DNA from: Phoronis australis | Taxonomy: Eukaryota; Animalia; Phoronida | DNA length: 64,000 bases | NCBI GenBank assembly: GCA_002633005.1 | Contig: NMRA01000109.1 | Location: 594,624-658,623, forward strand | Direction: 5' to 3' | Shown here: piece after piece, positions 25,094 to 38,160 of the stretch | How positions within the stretch are numbered: the first letter of the stretch is position 1 | Layout: the number at the start of each line of letters is the position of its first letter | The notes under the pieces: generated by a model | Told to the model about the DNA's origin: nothing | The model's input: the letters and a program-made list of their open reading frames with translations, nothing else | The model's database searches: none | Made by a program: the position numbers and the translations under genes

Positions 25094-28000
25094 TATTGAA
25101 TATCACTGAAAAGTCAGGCGTTGGCCAACTTAGTTCATGTTAGAGGCTGCAGATTTTGGCAAAGGGTGATTTATCTAACAGTTCCTACACTATAATAGTC
25201 TTCACACCTACATTAGTGTACGAACTGTTTGAGAAAACACCGTAGGCTTTTTACATAGGACTTGACTGTGCAGTAAGACTTCATAGGTCGATTTAGAGCT
25301 ACCGGGAGAAAAAAACTTTTGCATGCTGTTTTTAGGGGCTACACGGAATTTTATACCAGTAATTGTGATTTGCAACAACCTAGATATGCCAGTGAAATCC
25401 ACTGTTTACAAGATCACGATTTAGAATTTGTGTGTCTGGATGCAATGAATTCATCTTCATGGTGGAACAATTTGATTAACTGTTTCTCAATGTGTTCCTC
25501 GACTGTTATGTCCTTCGTTTCTTTCACTGATGATTGTCTGCATGTCTCCATTTGGATGTGTGAAATGGGTCAGGTGTATTTCCCAGGTACATTATATAAC
25601 TTACCTGGACAGGTGAGCAGACCCTCATTGGTTGTGTTCTGCCTGTTTGCTTTCCTGGAAGAGGAACTAGGTCAAATTGCTATTGTCCAGTTATACATAC
25701 TATGCTGTTTTCTTGAAATGGCTTGGTCACTGGTCACTGGTCACTAGTCCTGGCAGGTGACCAGGTTATGCAGAGTACTATGTTTTAGAACTATTCCCTA
25801 GCAAGTCATCGTCCTTGTGAAACACTTCCATATTGTTGCTTGGAAGCAATGTAACCATAACTTTTAAAATGCATTGTTTATCGTTGCTATTCATTTTATG
25901 TGATATTTAACATCACGGTAAGACAGTTATTATTGCACACAAAAATATTTGGTAAAATCAGTATTGTTCCAATATTCACTACCTTTCACTACCTTTTAAT
26001 ACTCTTAATTGTATAATACCTAGCTATGATGTACCTAGCTATCAACAGAGTATATTGATCTTACCTTTGACTTTTGTTAAGAACTTTCACAAACTAAAAT
26101 TATAATAGTTCGCAATACTTTGTATGAAGAAGAGTCATGATATTTACACATTACCCAAATTGTAAATGTTCAGCTGACAAACTCCCTTTTTCTGGGTGAA
26201 TCGTTGCACTTTGGAGAGACATGAATTTCTACTTGGTTTGTGCTAAGAGTTAGAAATCCAACAGTTGTTGCCATCTGTTCTCACTCCTTTCTATTCTTTG
26301 TTGTTGCGGTGACCCAACTGGAGTAAAAGATTCCATTTCTGACCCAGTGTGTTGTGCCAGACTTGACACTTAACTGATTACTTATGACGCCACACTCAAA
26401 ATGTTGACACGCAAAAAGCAAACTTCGTGGAATGCGGCAAATTCGATTTTACCCCAATCCCCAACGCCATCAATTACCCACTGGAAGCGTCATAATTCGG
26501 GCCAATCGGTTGAGATTGTTTTAATTCACGCCCGAAGCCTGTGTTAATTCCGTGGCATAGTTATGAAACATGGTCATAATTAGACGCATGACCCTCGGGT
26601 GCGTTAGCTAGTTTTTTGTAGTGTTTGTCAAAAGAATTCGCTGTGTTTATGGTTAGTATCAATTTTCACGGGCTTCTTTATAATTGGTTGCATGCTCCCA
26701 GTTGACCAGCCTGTTCCCCTTTGAGTCTTTGGTAATTGCATCTCGCCTACAACCCCCTGCGAGCACGGCTAGCATTGAGTTTTTAGTCTGTGCCATGAAT
26801 TGTAAAGGGTTTTTATTTTGCCACTGGTTGTAATGCTATCTACTGTTTTCCACCATAGAAAAATTTGCGAGTGTTGTAAATGAATATGTTTTAAGATTGT
26901 ACACTCTTTTTCCTCTTCTTATGATAACCAATATTGAGGTTAATTATGTTAAAAAAATCTTGCAGTGGTTGATAAAAAAACATTGATGTCTACATTGCTG
27001 TGAGGTATTGTCATCTATTGAGGCTACATTTGTGATTGCTGGAACCTCATAACTTGCCCGCAATTTTACAAGTACATTAAGGCTCAACGTTAAGCATAAC
27101 ATCTACTCGCCAAATGCAACCTGGCAAAATTCAGTCGTCAAACAGAAACTGAGGTATCAAAAACAAAGGATCTTTGTACGAGGGTTTCAAAGCGTTGGGT
27201 CCCTGCAAACGACGCATAGTTGGCAAGAGCATAGATTGAAATAGAGTGAATTTCTGAAGTGAAAGGCCACTGAACTCAGCAAATGTCCACCGAAATGGCC
27301 CTGACGTAGTTGAAGGGAAAATTAGAAGTGTCTGGTGTACTCTGGTAAAGACCATTTTTCCTTTATGATGTTCTGGATAAGACCTTGTCCAGTCCAGAGT
27401 CAAGTTCACTAACTGGTCAACATGTGTTTAAGGGCAGTAACAAGTGTGACTCTGTTCTCTGGTCACTGACCACTGGTCAGTTGTGCCCAGAAAGTAATTA
27501 CCTTCTACCTGGATGAACCAGTCTTTTGCTGGACTCTAGGTTACAATAAGCTGGTGATCAAATTTACTTGTAGATTTTTATCCCATTACTGCAGGTGTTG
27601 CTGTTTCAGACATTTATTACTTGTCTTTGATAGTTGTTATTCCTGTTCTCAAACTATGTATACAAGGATGTTTGTCTCCTTGAGTATGAAAAGTATGTTA
27701 ACATAGCAGCATTTATTTAGAAAAAACATTCTGCTGGTTTTGTGTTTAATAATTTATTTAGTGTTTATAAAAAGCACCCAACAGTAAACGTTCGGCATCT
27801 TCTCGACAACTGGGATTACTGGTAATTACTGGTCTATTGAAAGGACTGCTTAAATCATGATAAATCTGGCTGTGAGCCTACAGGGTAGGGGTGTTATCAC
27901 GGGATGTTTTCTTCCTCGTTTTGTCACTGGGCACGACCTAATCTTGTGCTCAACATAGTGGGGAAACTGAGAGGGGGCAGGGGCGTAGTGAGATGTTTTC

Positions 28001-28882
28001 CCTGTGATAAGACGGGTGATTCTGTGAGCGACACTTTGTTTGAGCAGGAAACGCGTCAGAAGTGTTTGTGTTTTAGTTGGTGATAAATTTTCATAAAGTT
28101 GATAATTGATATATGAAAAATAACGCTGAATCGAAAATACTTTCTAAAACGATGTTTGAAAAGTTGAGTACCGAACCAATTGTTTAGAAAAGCTTTAGAA
28201 TCTTCTTTAAGGCACAATATGTCATACAAGGTAATTTGTTTTTCACTAGAAGGTAAGTACCACTAAATAAGTGCTTTATCATGTGCAAGCTCTGCTCCTT
28301 AGCTATCATTAGAAAATGTCTCAGGAAATGTTTAAAGCCATTGAAATATGAAAATGATCAATTTTGGAAACTTTTTGGCATAAAGTTTGTGAGTTATACC
28401 ACATTTAATGAAGATTTTACTGTCTCATCCAAATGTTGAGTGTTTGTTAAGAAATAGAGGAGAAATTCCGCCTAATTCAAAAACAAGGTTTGTGGGACAA
28501 AAATTTTAACAATAACTACCTTTGTTCCTTGCTGATGACCAAAGTAGATACATTTTGTATGTTCATCAAGATGTATACCTTATTTGAACTCTGGTATTTG
28601 CTTTGTTATGAACATTCATCAACAGCTCCTGTGTACAAGGTAGAATTTGGTGACTTGTATGGCCCCATGCAGGTGTCTGAGATCAATTTCGTGATATGAA
28701 TTTATTGAATGCGTATAGACTCGTAAATGGACTATTGGCAGGCTTGATTAATGGTGCGATACAAACATGACATATGAAACCTGTCTTTGCAGTGTTACAG
28801 GATTTACACAAGCGATTGGCCAATAGATAAAGAGATAGCTTTCTAGAGCTAGTGATGTGTATAAGGACACTGCATCATACTA

Positions 28883-29052
28883 GGCTGGTCGTATGATTAG
28901 AATGTGATAAATTGGCACGAAAAAACCATGTCACGCGATGCCAACGGCCTGATTGTAGCTACGATAGTCTAGGCCATGACTGGCATCTCGCGATAGCATA
29001 TCTCTTGAAAATCGTGTTAATACCGTAAAACGTCGCCCGATTTATGATTGCC
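28883..29052. mobile_element. Fold-back (palindromic) MITE
   Basis: Imperfect 170-bp palindrome centred on ATTGTAGCTACGAT, with GCGATGCCA..GGCCT / AGGCC..TGGCATCTCGC and GCACGA/TCGTGT arms. Confidence 0.6.
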
Positions 29053-30963
29053 AGGAACCATTTGTCATCAAGTAATCTTGGTTTGAAAAGTGGCTATAAA
29101 AATCTGGTCTGAATGGATGTAGAAGTGCACAAATATTTAGTAGTTTTTAGTCATAGCAACAGACAAACATTTTAGTGTTGGTTAACTCGCATTCTTTTGA
29201 TATTTTTACTAGTGATTTGAGCAGTTTTCTTCTCACATTTGAAGTTGCTGAAATTTTGATACTACTTGACAGCGATTGGCTAATTAATAATCATGTTAAA
29301 CAGGTTAGTTTGACATTGTTTAACAAACAGTGAAAAGGCTGATAAATTATCTGTACATGTTCGCCCCTTGAGATTGATTGAATTTGATTTAATGGCAGAC
29401 AAAATAATCTTCAGGTGATGAAATGTTATTCAGCATGTTTGAGCCAGTTTGTTTCTATTTATAGTTCAAATCAAGTTTCTACCTCCGCAGTTCTCTTCAT
29501 AACAAGCAATCTAAATACGATATACTTTGTATGGAAACACGTTTTCAGCAGACACTGTTAAGACATTGTTTTTGATCTTAAAGTTAATTTCAGCCATTCT
29601 CATTTTTTAACATTTTCCGTCTACATTGTGGTGTTAACTACATTTTCATAGTTTACTGCTCATTTTCAAACTTGCCTTCATTCACGACTCGATTTGAGTG
29701 CATCCTGCTATAAAAATATAAAAGAAGTTGCTGAAAAACTAAAATCCTTTAAGCCAGCAATGAAGGTTTTTAGCTTTGCCTGTTTAGTCCTTGTATTCCT
29801 ATCATATTATTATTACATATTCTGTTGTAAGTTTCCTGGAGATTAACTAGTAATTATTTGTTTATTTTGACAGGCATCAGATCAATTTTGCTTGTGTCTG
29901 ATTCAATAAAACTCAAACTGGCCAGTGACGCCAGCCATTGATAGTGTAGCCACCAGAAATGCCTGGTGTTGAGTGAAAAGCTTAGGCCTTCGCCCTGACT
30001 CCAACATTGCTGTCTGTTTTCCATCTGTCATAATGGACCGGACGTGTCAATGGTTCTTTCCATTATAAACAATGGTGTTCCTTTCCTTTGTCTTATCAGT
30101 TTTCTCTGCTGGGAAAATGTGCAGAGAGAGGAGAGTGATTTTCAATTTTCAATTTCCTGAATCCTGCCTATGTGTAGATTTCGTGTGTTCTCAAGGGCTT
30201 TCCCACCAAGTTAAATCTGGTACCAGTGAAGAGTCAAGTAAACTGTTAACTAATTTAGTGCAAAGTAAACCTGAGTTGTAAACTTGGGCCCAAGACTGAA
30301 TTAAAGCATTCTCAGTGACAGACATTCCAATGAACACTGAAGCATCATTTGCAGATAGGCCAGAGCAAAGATAAAATTTGCATATTGTTAGTATCACCTT
30401 TATTTGGTGCAAATTTATACATTTGTTGGCCTTATCTAATTCTCCATGTTGTGCTATTTCTTGTACTTGGGTTTTGATGTTTACCTTTTGTCCTTTATGG
30501 ATCAGAAATTTGTAACAGGAGTAAAGGCTAAGGTTATATCCAACAATCTTACAGGTTGAGATGATTTTATGTGTCTGTCTAGCCGTGAACTTAGCTGTTT
30601 ACAAAAGAGTCTGTGTGGCGGAGAGTTGCTGTTTACTGAATTAGTTGGTTTTTCTGTCATCACTTGCCAGTAACCAGTTCCAGTCTGGCGTTGGGTCAAG
30701 TGGTTCAGCCATTCTTGTTGTCAGGGAATGGTCTATGTGACTGGCTTTGTCTAACTTACCTGATGTTCTTTTATACTTGGCTATTGGACCTGGGTGACCA
30801 TACTTGACCACTGTGCCTGGTTGCATGAAACAATTCTAAATAGAGAATTCTTAGTTCATCATTTTTTGCATGGGACTTATCTTAATTGCTTTCCCATATT
30901 CAAACTAACACTATTTCCCACTGTTATACAGGAGATTGAAAATTTGCGTGTCAACTATTTACA

Positions 30964-31227
30964 CTGTAAAAATTTGGGGCAGTCTCTAGGATTTGGGTCG
31001 TGGAAACTGACGCAAAAACAATTGTTCTTGATTCTGGTATTAGGAACTAGGGCGATTTTGGTGTTTACAGTATTCCTCAAATTTTGGACAATGCATTTTC
31101 AATGTACTGAGTGGATAATTTTGCAGTGATTCTTGAATTTGAGAGGCCAATAACACCTATGTCTAGAATTTGGGACAAGCTCTAACCCTGAGCAAAATAG
31201 TGATTTTTTGCTGGACAGTTTTTACCG
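30964..31227. mobile_element. Degenerate Tc1/mariner-type MITE
   Basis: CTGTAAAAATT ... CAGTTTTTACCG-TA termini; related fragment at about 3995-4043 (GAGACTGTCCC...GGACAATTTTTACAATA). Confidence 0.4.
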
Positions 31228-31363
31228 TATGTTCAGTTGTGGACAAAATTTCTAGACACTGGGTTGGGGGAAATGGTCATTGGTGACCTTTCCGATGCTG
31301 TACTGGATCTTCTATATTTGATTAACAAAGCAGTCACATGACTTGTCTGTGGGATATGAGTTG

Positions 31364-31584
31364 CAGTAAATCTCACCAATTTAGGACAAAATGTAGCAGA
31401 CAGAAATTTTACTTTCATGATGCTCTGTGCCAAAGTTATGCTTTATCATATTCAAGTCGTGTACCATAGCTAACCAATATGGACAATAATTTGAAAATTG
31501 GTGAGCATTCACAACAACGTTAGAAGCCTTTGAAAAATGCAATTTTGTCAAATATTGTCGTCCGATATTGGTGACATTTTACCC
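31364..31584 (+). mobile_element. MITE family A, uninterrupted copy
   Basis: TIRs GTAAATCTCACCAATTTAGGAC / GTAAAATGTCACCAATATCGGAC; internal ACCATAGCTA, TTCACAA and GCCTTTGAA shared with 6994-7539. Confidence 0.7.
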
Positions 31585-31935
31585 AAGCGAGTTCTGTGTT
31601 TAGTATGGTTGTTATAAGGGATCCCTGAGGTCCTTAGAGATGTTAATTTTGCATGGCCATTTCCCTATCACATTGATCTCACAAGGATCAGGTATCATGA
31701 CGAAGATCTTACGCAGTTAATGTTTTTGTCATTTGAGGTTTGTTATCATCTCTAGCTGAGATAGTGGGCCCTGCTGAAGTGTTATGGGGGATTAGATATC
31801 TTTTCCTGTAAGGAACTAAGCATTCAATATTTAGAACGGTGAAATTCCAAAACTGGGACTTAAAGTACCGGAGATAATAAAACTGGTGAAAACCTCAACT
31901 ACAACAATAGCACCTTTGCTACCGCCATCCCCTTC

Positions 31936-32202
31936 CAGGGCCCTCGATGCCTCAATTTAGGACGGATGTTGGCCCCGTTCCTCTCTCATAATTCCCCTGT
32001 TCAGGCACAAAATACTCTTCTAGGTTAGAATCACTTGTAACTCACAAAGGCGACGATTTGAAACAGGTGTTAGTTCGGCTACAGTATAGCAGAGCCGATG
32101 AGGGGTAACGGAGGTGGTGGGGGTGGTGGAACTTTCCCCACTTGAAAAAATTCTCCTCTCTGGAGCAAAGGCACCTTTACCCTCTGGTGAACGAGGGGCT
32201 TT
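31936..32202 (+). mobile_element. MITE family B, second copy (opposite orientation)
   Basis: Starts CAGGGCCCTCGAT. Shares TCACTTGTAAC, GATTTGAAA, GCAGAGCC, AAAAAATTCTCCTCTC and AACGAG in order with the reverse complement of 7157-7476. Confidence 0.7.
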
Positions 32203-32453
32203 TTGTCAAGTCCAAAGTACCCACCCAACATATATTTAGAAGGGAATGTACCCTGNACGATTTGAAACAGCACAGAGTGTTAATTGGGCTACAGTATAGC
32301 AGAGCCGATGAGGGGTGGGGGTGGTGGAACTTTCCCCACTTGACAGAATTCCCCTCTCAGGAGCAAAGGCACCTTTCCACTCTGGTGAACGAGGGGCTTT
32401 TTGTCAAGTCCAAAGTACCCACCCAACATATATTTAGAAGGGAATGTACCCTG
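32053..32453. repeat. About 200-bp direct duplication joined by a single N (probable allelic assembly artefact)
   Basis: 32053-32255 and 32257-32453 start and end at identical sequence; N at 32256. Confidence 0.85.
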
Positions 32454-32926
32454 TGAGGCAAAAGGCCTACCTCAGAAGGTACCTGAGAGAGACATAAGAG
32501 AGAGAGAGAGAGCAAAGCACCCCCCTCCGAGTTGATGTCAGGTCATTAACCACCACTCCTGAGCTAGTGCCCCCACAATGAGGTGCCTTCACATATTGGC
32601 AGTGTGACAAGTTTTGCTCGTTTTTTGGACAAGAGCTGTCCTCTGTCGAAACTGTGTTCAGCATTTTTTATTTTTTATACGTCTAGACAAAACGGTGGAT
32701 ATTTTTTTGATGCTGTAACTAGTGGTTTTAACCTCAGCTATTGAATTATTTGGTCTCTTGACTGGAGTCGGAAAACAAGATTTTCAAGCTTTACATTTGG
32801 CATGCAAACATGCCAGCTGCCGTATACTTCAATATCAAATGGTTTTCCTTTTTTCTTCTCTGGATAGTTGTATGCAAAATTAGCAGACTTGTTGCTGTGT
32901 TACCTTCTCATGGAGATGATGCTCTA

Positions 32927-33359
32927 AAGGCTCTTTCATATTGACTTAACTCCGGTCTGAGGAGCGTCAACGTAAACAGCGCAGTTAACTGGACCATTCA
33001 TACTGGCTTCGGTAGTTAATGAACATCGAAGTAAGCGGTTGGTGCCGCTGTCGTCATCGAAGTTATCGCAAGGTAGCATTGTACGCTAAGATTTTTTTCA
33101 ATGTTTCAATATGGAAACATTTACATGTGCTAAGTGACAATAAAATTATTTTTAAATCGATTGGTTATTATTAGAGCAAAATATAAGCATTTAAGTGTTG
33201 ACGATAACAGTGGCACCTGGCGATAACTTCGATTGGACCAAAGTTAAGCGTTCATACTGCACCGCAGTGTCGACTGCCATCCAGGACCGGAGTTAAGCGT
33301 TCATACTGACCGCAACTCCCCAAACCATCGACGCGTCGACGTTAGTATGAAAGGCCCTT
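32927..33359 (+). mobile_element. MITE family C, copy 2
   Basis: TIRs AAGGCTCTTTCATATTGAC / AAGGGCCTTTCATACTAAC; flanks ctcTA...TAgag. Confidence 0.8.
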
Positions 33360-33934
33360 TAGAGTCTACACCTTCAAACTAACCTTCCACAACCAGTCAA
33401 ATAAATCTGTGCTGGATTAGTGGTACATGGCCTAAAGCTATGGTAGTGTGGTATTAATAATTTCACACTACCACCCCAAAATACAAATTGAATGTTTCCC
33501 TGAGGGAGGTCATGCCAATGGCCCATTAAGGAGATTATCAAGCGATTATGCAAATTCAGTGAACATTTTTCTCTCATTAGGATATATTGGATACAGTACT
33601 GTTCATGTTCACTGAGATCACTTATTTTCCTAATCTCGTTTTCTATGATGTCAAATTTTGTGGTCAATCTTAAGATTTTGTAGACAGAATGCTGGTGTTA
33701 TTGAGATTGTAAGCAACTAGATTAAGCACACCTTAATGAATAGACCATTGTGTCCTTTAACAAAAGAATTTTCAGTATACTTGTCATCATCCAACAGTGC
33801 TTTTACTGTGTTTGTTCTTCGCTAAGAGAAAATAAAGGTATCAAAATTGTAAGACCACTGACACTGGCAGTAATTGGGGAACACAAAGCTCTCTGGATCT
33901 AATTATTAATGTAAATGATTTGTTTTATCTTCAG

Positions 33935-33996
33935 GTTGGATCACCACTGGCCAGCGCAAGTTGGACCGTGAAAGTCAGGCGGAGCACGAGTTAGAG
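33935..33996 (+). CDS. FAT1: Fat-like cadherin exon (62 nt; absent from the ORF track)
   Basis: atcttcag|GT..GAG|gtaaga; GWITTGQRKLDRESQAEHELE supplies the missing LDRE; phase 1 to 0. Confidence 0.93.
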
Positions 33997-36900
33997 GTAA
34001 GATGGTGTTGTCTGCTTACCTGTCTCAAGTGTGCCCCACCAGTTGCTCTCGAAGTTTGCAATAAGTAATTTTATTTTTCAAAAACTGGAGTTGTGCATAT
34101 TAGAGATGTTTCTGCTGCAATTAGTGACCATAACTATTATGATGGAAAGTTCAGCAGAAATGAAAATTTTTTAGCCAGGCGAAAGTTCTTTTGATTACAG
34201 AAAATCTGAATTTCAACTAGCACCTTGGGTTGGGCATGTCATTCAAATTTCTTTTGTCAGCTCATTGATTGCAAATTCAAAAGTAAGTTAATGACTAATT
34301 AGATTGTGCAAATAATTGTGGGCAAGGGAGAGGTTGATTGCGGTAATTAGAGAGCTATTGTTGTGGGTAGCCAGTTCATCATTGTTTGATCTGTAGTGAA
34401 TTATGTTTGTGGATGGTTGTGGGACTGATTAATTCACTGATTCACTCACTTCTATTTAGGAATTGTGTATTTATGGTTCTCTTTGTAGTGAAGAAAAAGT
34501 AGAAAAAGTCTTGTTCGTGTTGTATCCCGACATTAAATCGGCTTAGAAACTTTAATGTGTGCGTTTGATACTTGATACTTGTTAGACAATAATTCAGTTT
34601 TTGCCTCTGATAAGAAGACTTGGAAGTGCTGAGGGAGCGTAATATGTAACATTCTCGCCTTGCGTGGGTCTTTTATGTTAAGGTGTGGGTAATACGAGCC
34701 ACGTTTGTTTGGCAGTGGAAAGTGTAACGACCGACCTTTCTGTTGTGAGCTGGCTTGATTAGAACACTGCCAGCTTTATTACGCTAGACTTCCTGGGACC
34801 ACTTGCTGCAAGAGAGCGGTGCTTTGATGTTTGCCTTCAACTTGGGCCAGTCTTTCAGGGGACAATAGTGTAGCTGGCAGTGTGTAGACTGGAGTCTGTT
34901 TTGTTTTCAAAAGAATAACAACTTGTGAATGGCTGTTTTAAATGGAGTGATTTTAAATGTTATATCATAACAGTTGATTTAATAACTTGTCAACAGTATA
35001 GCAGTTAGTGATTATGATTGCGTTATTTTGCGGGTCTGTAAATTAGGCCAGCGCTAAAGCAATCTCACCATCTACTTAACGCCTGTAAATAATCTTTTTC
35101 CAATGTGTTTCTGCCAGTAACTGTGCAAATTATTTCAGGTTTTCAAGTCTCTTCTTGTCTATGCCATCCATTGCAGAGATTCCTATGAAACCATGGTTTT
35201 GCTGAATTATATAAATTAACCAAAATGACAAAATATTGGATCTGAGCAAAATGTGTTGCGCTTATTACTAATTGAATGTTCTCGTTTTATAGCTATTGCT
35301 ATGGATCCTGTGTTCTTTGTCATGATTTATAGTTTTTCTGCTGGTGGGATATTTTTCAATGCATTTCATGTTGTCCAATTTACCTGCCCAGGATGGCATT
35401 CCTTCGTGCTGTTGCTACCTTGGGAGTTGCCACGGTGATACCAAACTCGCAATTGCTGTAATGATTTTGGTGTTGTACTGTCATAATGCACACAGATGAA
35501 CTGTAGAGTAAAATGCAGCAGTGTTCTAATTACAGAAAAGCAAAAAAAGTTTCCTCAAATTTCTTTCAAATTTAACTGACATTGGATTCTGCTTTTCCTT
35601 GTCAATACAGCTGTCCTCTTGTCACATGCTAAATTAGATGTCTCAGTAGGGGGCCCCGTCACATGATGGTAAAAACAGGTTGTAGGTTTCATATATACAA
35701 GTTCGGGGCATTTTTTCTTTCTTGTTTTTTGTAATGGCCACAGCTACAATAGTTGGCCTGGGAACTTTGTCGGGTATTTCATTCATAAGTTCTTTTTTCT
35801 CTGTCAGATTCAATTTGCCAGCGGATACTATTAACACTGTTTAAAGAATACCAGTGGCAATCATTCAGTATTTTGTGAAGTTGTTTTCAATACAGGAAGT
35901 TGCCATTTTCGCTGTCTTGTTAACGCTGTGCGTGATGCGTTCCAGATCATTGAAACATTGCTGAGAGTTTCTTTTTTTAAAGAAAACTTGGGTATCGGGT
36001 CTCAGCTACAGTCTCGTAAAAGCCGTGATTTATTTTAAATGTTAACACATTTCCTGTCCATAAAGGCCTGCTTTGTTTGAAACTAGCGATAATCGACACT
36101 TTGGGTACTGTTTCAAACTTCATAGCCTACCTGTGGCTTTTGTTTGTGTCTGGCAAAGCGAAACACCTAACTCGAACACCTATAAATTCTTGCAAATTTT
36201 TGGAATATTACTGTCTTTACAATCAAGAAGGATGTATGTTCTGAGGGAAGTTTGTTTCAATGACAGGCATTGTTTTAGAGAAAGCTGTTATCATTCCGCT
36301 ACATAAGTGACAACCCAGTTAGCCCTTAAAAGTGCCTTTTGAAGCCAAAGTCAAATAGTTGCACAGTTTTAATAACTACCTTCAAGTTATCTAGTTAATG
36401 TAACCATCAGACAACATAATTATCTCCCTTGTGAGTATCCTTATTGCTTCTCAAATAACTTTTACATTATTCATTATGAACCGGTAAAAAGTAATTTTCC
36501 GAGTCCTCAAGAAATAACTCAAATCTCTTCGGCGATTTATTAAGCAGTTTTGCAGGTGTCATGTGACTGCAGCAGCAGTTCTAGACTGCCTTTATAGACA
36601 GCTATGTGTGTTTTTGACTGCATGTTACAGTCTAATTAACACACTCCTGAATGTTTTTGGCGAGTTCCCAGAAGTATAGTTTGGTGCTTTGTGTTGTGTA
36701 TTCTACCGCCAATACAGACCTCACTTTATCACAAGACAGGTCATACCTTGACATTAGTAACTTGCGCCAAGCAGTTGTTACCATTAATCAAATAACTAGT
36801 CAAATTCTTTTGTTGGTAAGATTGATATCACGTGTTATTCTGTCTTATAGGATGACTGTGATAGGGATAACGGTGATAGTGAATTATAATAAGTTAAAAT

Positions 36901-37669
36901 ATCCTCTGGAATTTCGTACACTTTCGATGGGAAGACTTTTTGTTAGTTTTTGCAAAAGTATTGTATGTGAGACGTGGCGGAAAATGGTTGTATTGAAGTA
37001 GTTGTGGCATTGTCTTCAAGCTGATTTCCCCACACAGGTGTGCCTGGGCACAGTGATGCGCTCACATTTCACCTCCCATGGGATGTACGCCTGAATGACA
37101 TTGATGGCCCTGTCTGTTCCCATCAGCTGTGTAGACCACTTATTGGTCTGGTCTGATTTGAGTTGAGTTGTCCATGGCATACCTCCCACCACTTAAGAGG
37201 GAGATCAGATCACTCTTGTACATTGTTAAATAACCTTCTCAGTTGAGACACTGCTGGTTTACATTACTGAGGATGCCAAACAAGATTCCACTAACCAGTA
37301 ATCATCCAAGGAATTAAAACATTAAAGCTGTCTAATTTGAGCGGAAATAACTGTTTTCCTAGCCGACAAAACTACCCTTTTTTCCGATCTTAAGGCTTAG
37401 TATTTTCCAAAATAAGGCCAATCCATTTTCGTAACCAAAAAGGTGCTGTAACTCTCATTAATGATCTTGGTAACAAAATGGCAGGAAAAAGATTTTTGTA
37501 GTAACATATCTTCTAAGTTACCATTTTTAACCTTTTAGCTCACCTATTTCTAGGTCACTATTATTTAGCCTTTGTCCTGTTACCTGTCTCCTTCAGGACA
37601 CCACTATGTGCCATTTGACTGACTTGCTTCTGGGTCACCATTACTCAACCTCAGATATGTCTACTTTAG

Positions 37670-37990
37670 GTCATGATCAGCGACAATGGCGACCCGGAGC
37701 AGACGTCCAAGTGTAGCGTGGTCGTCAGGGTTACCGATGAGAACGACTGTGCACCAAAGTTCAAGCCATCCATCTACCCACGTCAGGTGCCGCTGTCGTT
37801 TGCTGACACATTACCCAGCCTGCCTCTGCTGCGTGTTTTTGCCTGGGACTGTGACGAGGGGCAGAATGGAGATATCGACTACACTTTCGATGATCACGCT
37901 ACCAGTGGGGCAGGACGGTTTCACATTCACCCCAAGACTGGCCTCATCACGGCCGTTAAACCACTTAAAGCACAAGTATACCACCTGAAG
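37670..37990 (+). CDS. FAT1: Fat-like cadherin exon (321 nt)
   Basis: ctttag|GTC..AAG|gttcgt; VMISDNGDP...DENDCAP; phase 0 to 0. Confidence 0.92.
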
Positions 37991-38160
37991 GTTCGTTATA
38001 TGTTAGAAATTTCAAAATACCACCAAGCGATAATGAAACATTGCAAGTCTCATATCAGGCTGCTTTTAATAGGCAAACTATCCTAGTTAGGTCAGTCATT
38101 AGTTTTCAAATTTATGTTTTAAAACGTGGTTACGTAGCTCTTCTTGTTGTCTATGAACAG

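Noticed and set aside
29874-29941. Acceptor plus short in-phase ORF (GIRSILLVSDSIKLKLASDASH*) as an alternative terminal exon
   Set aside because: No cadherin character, and the AATAAA lies before the stop; cannot be separated from chance without transcripts
37000-37210. Possible SINE central domain on the minus strand
   Set aside because: Resemblance is vague and there are no Pol III boxes
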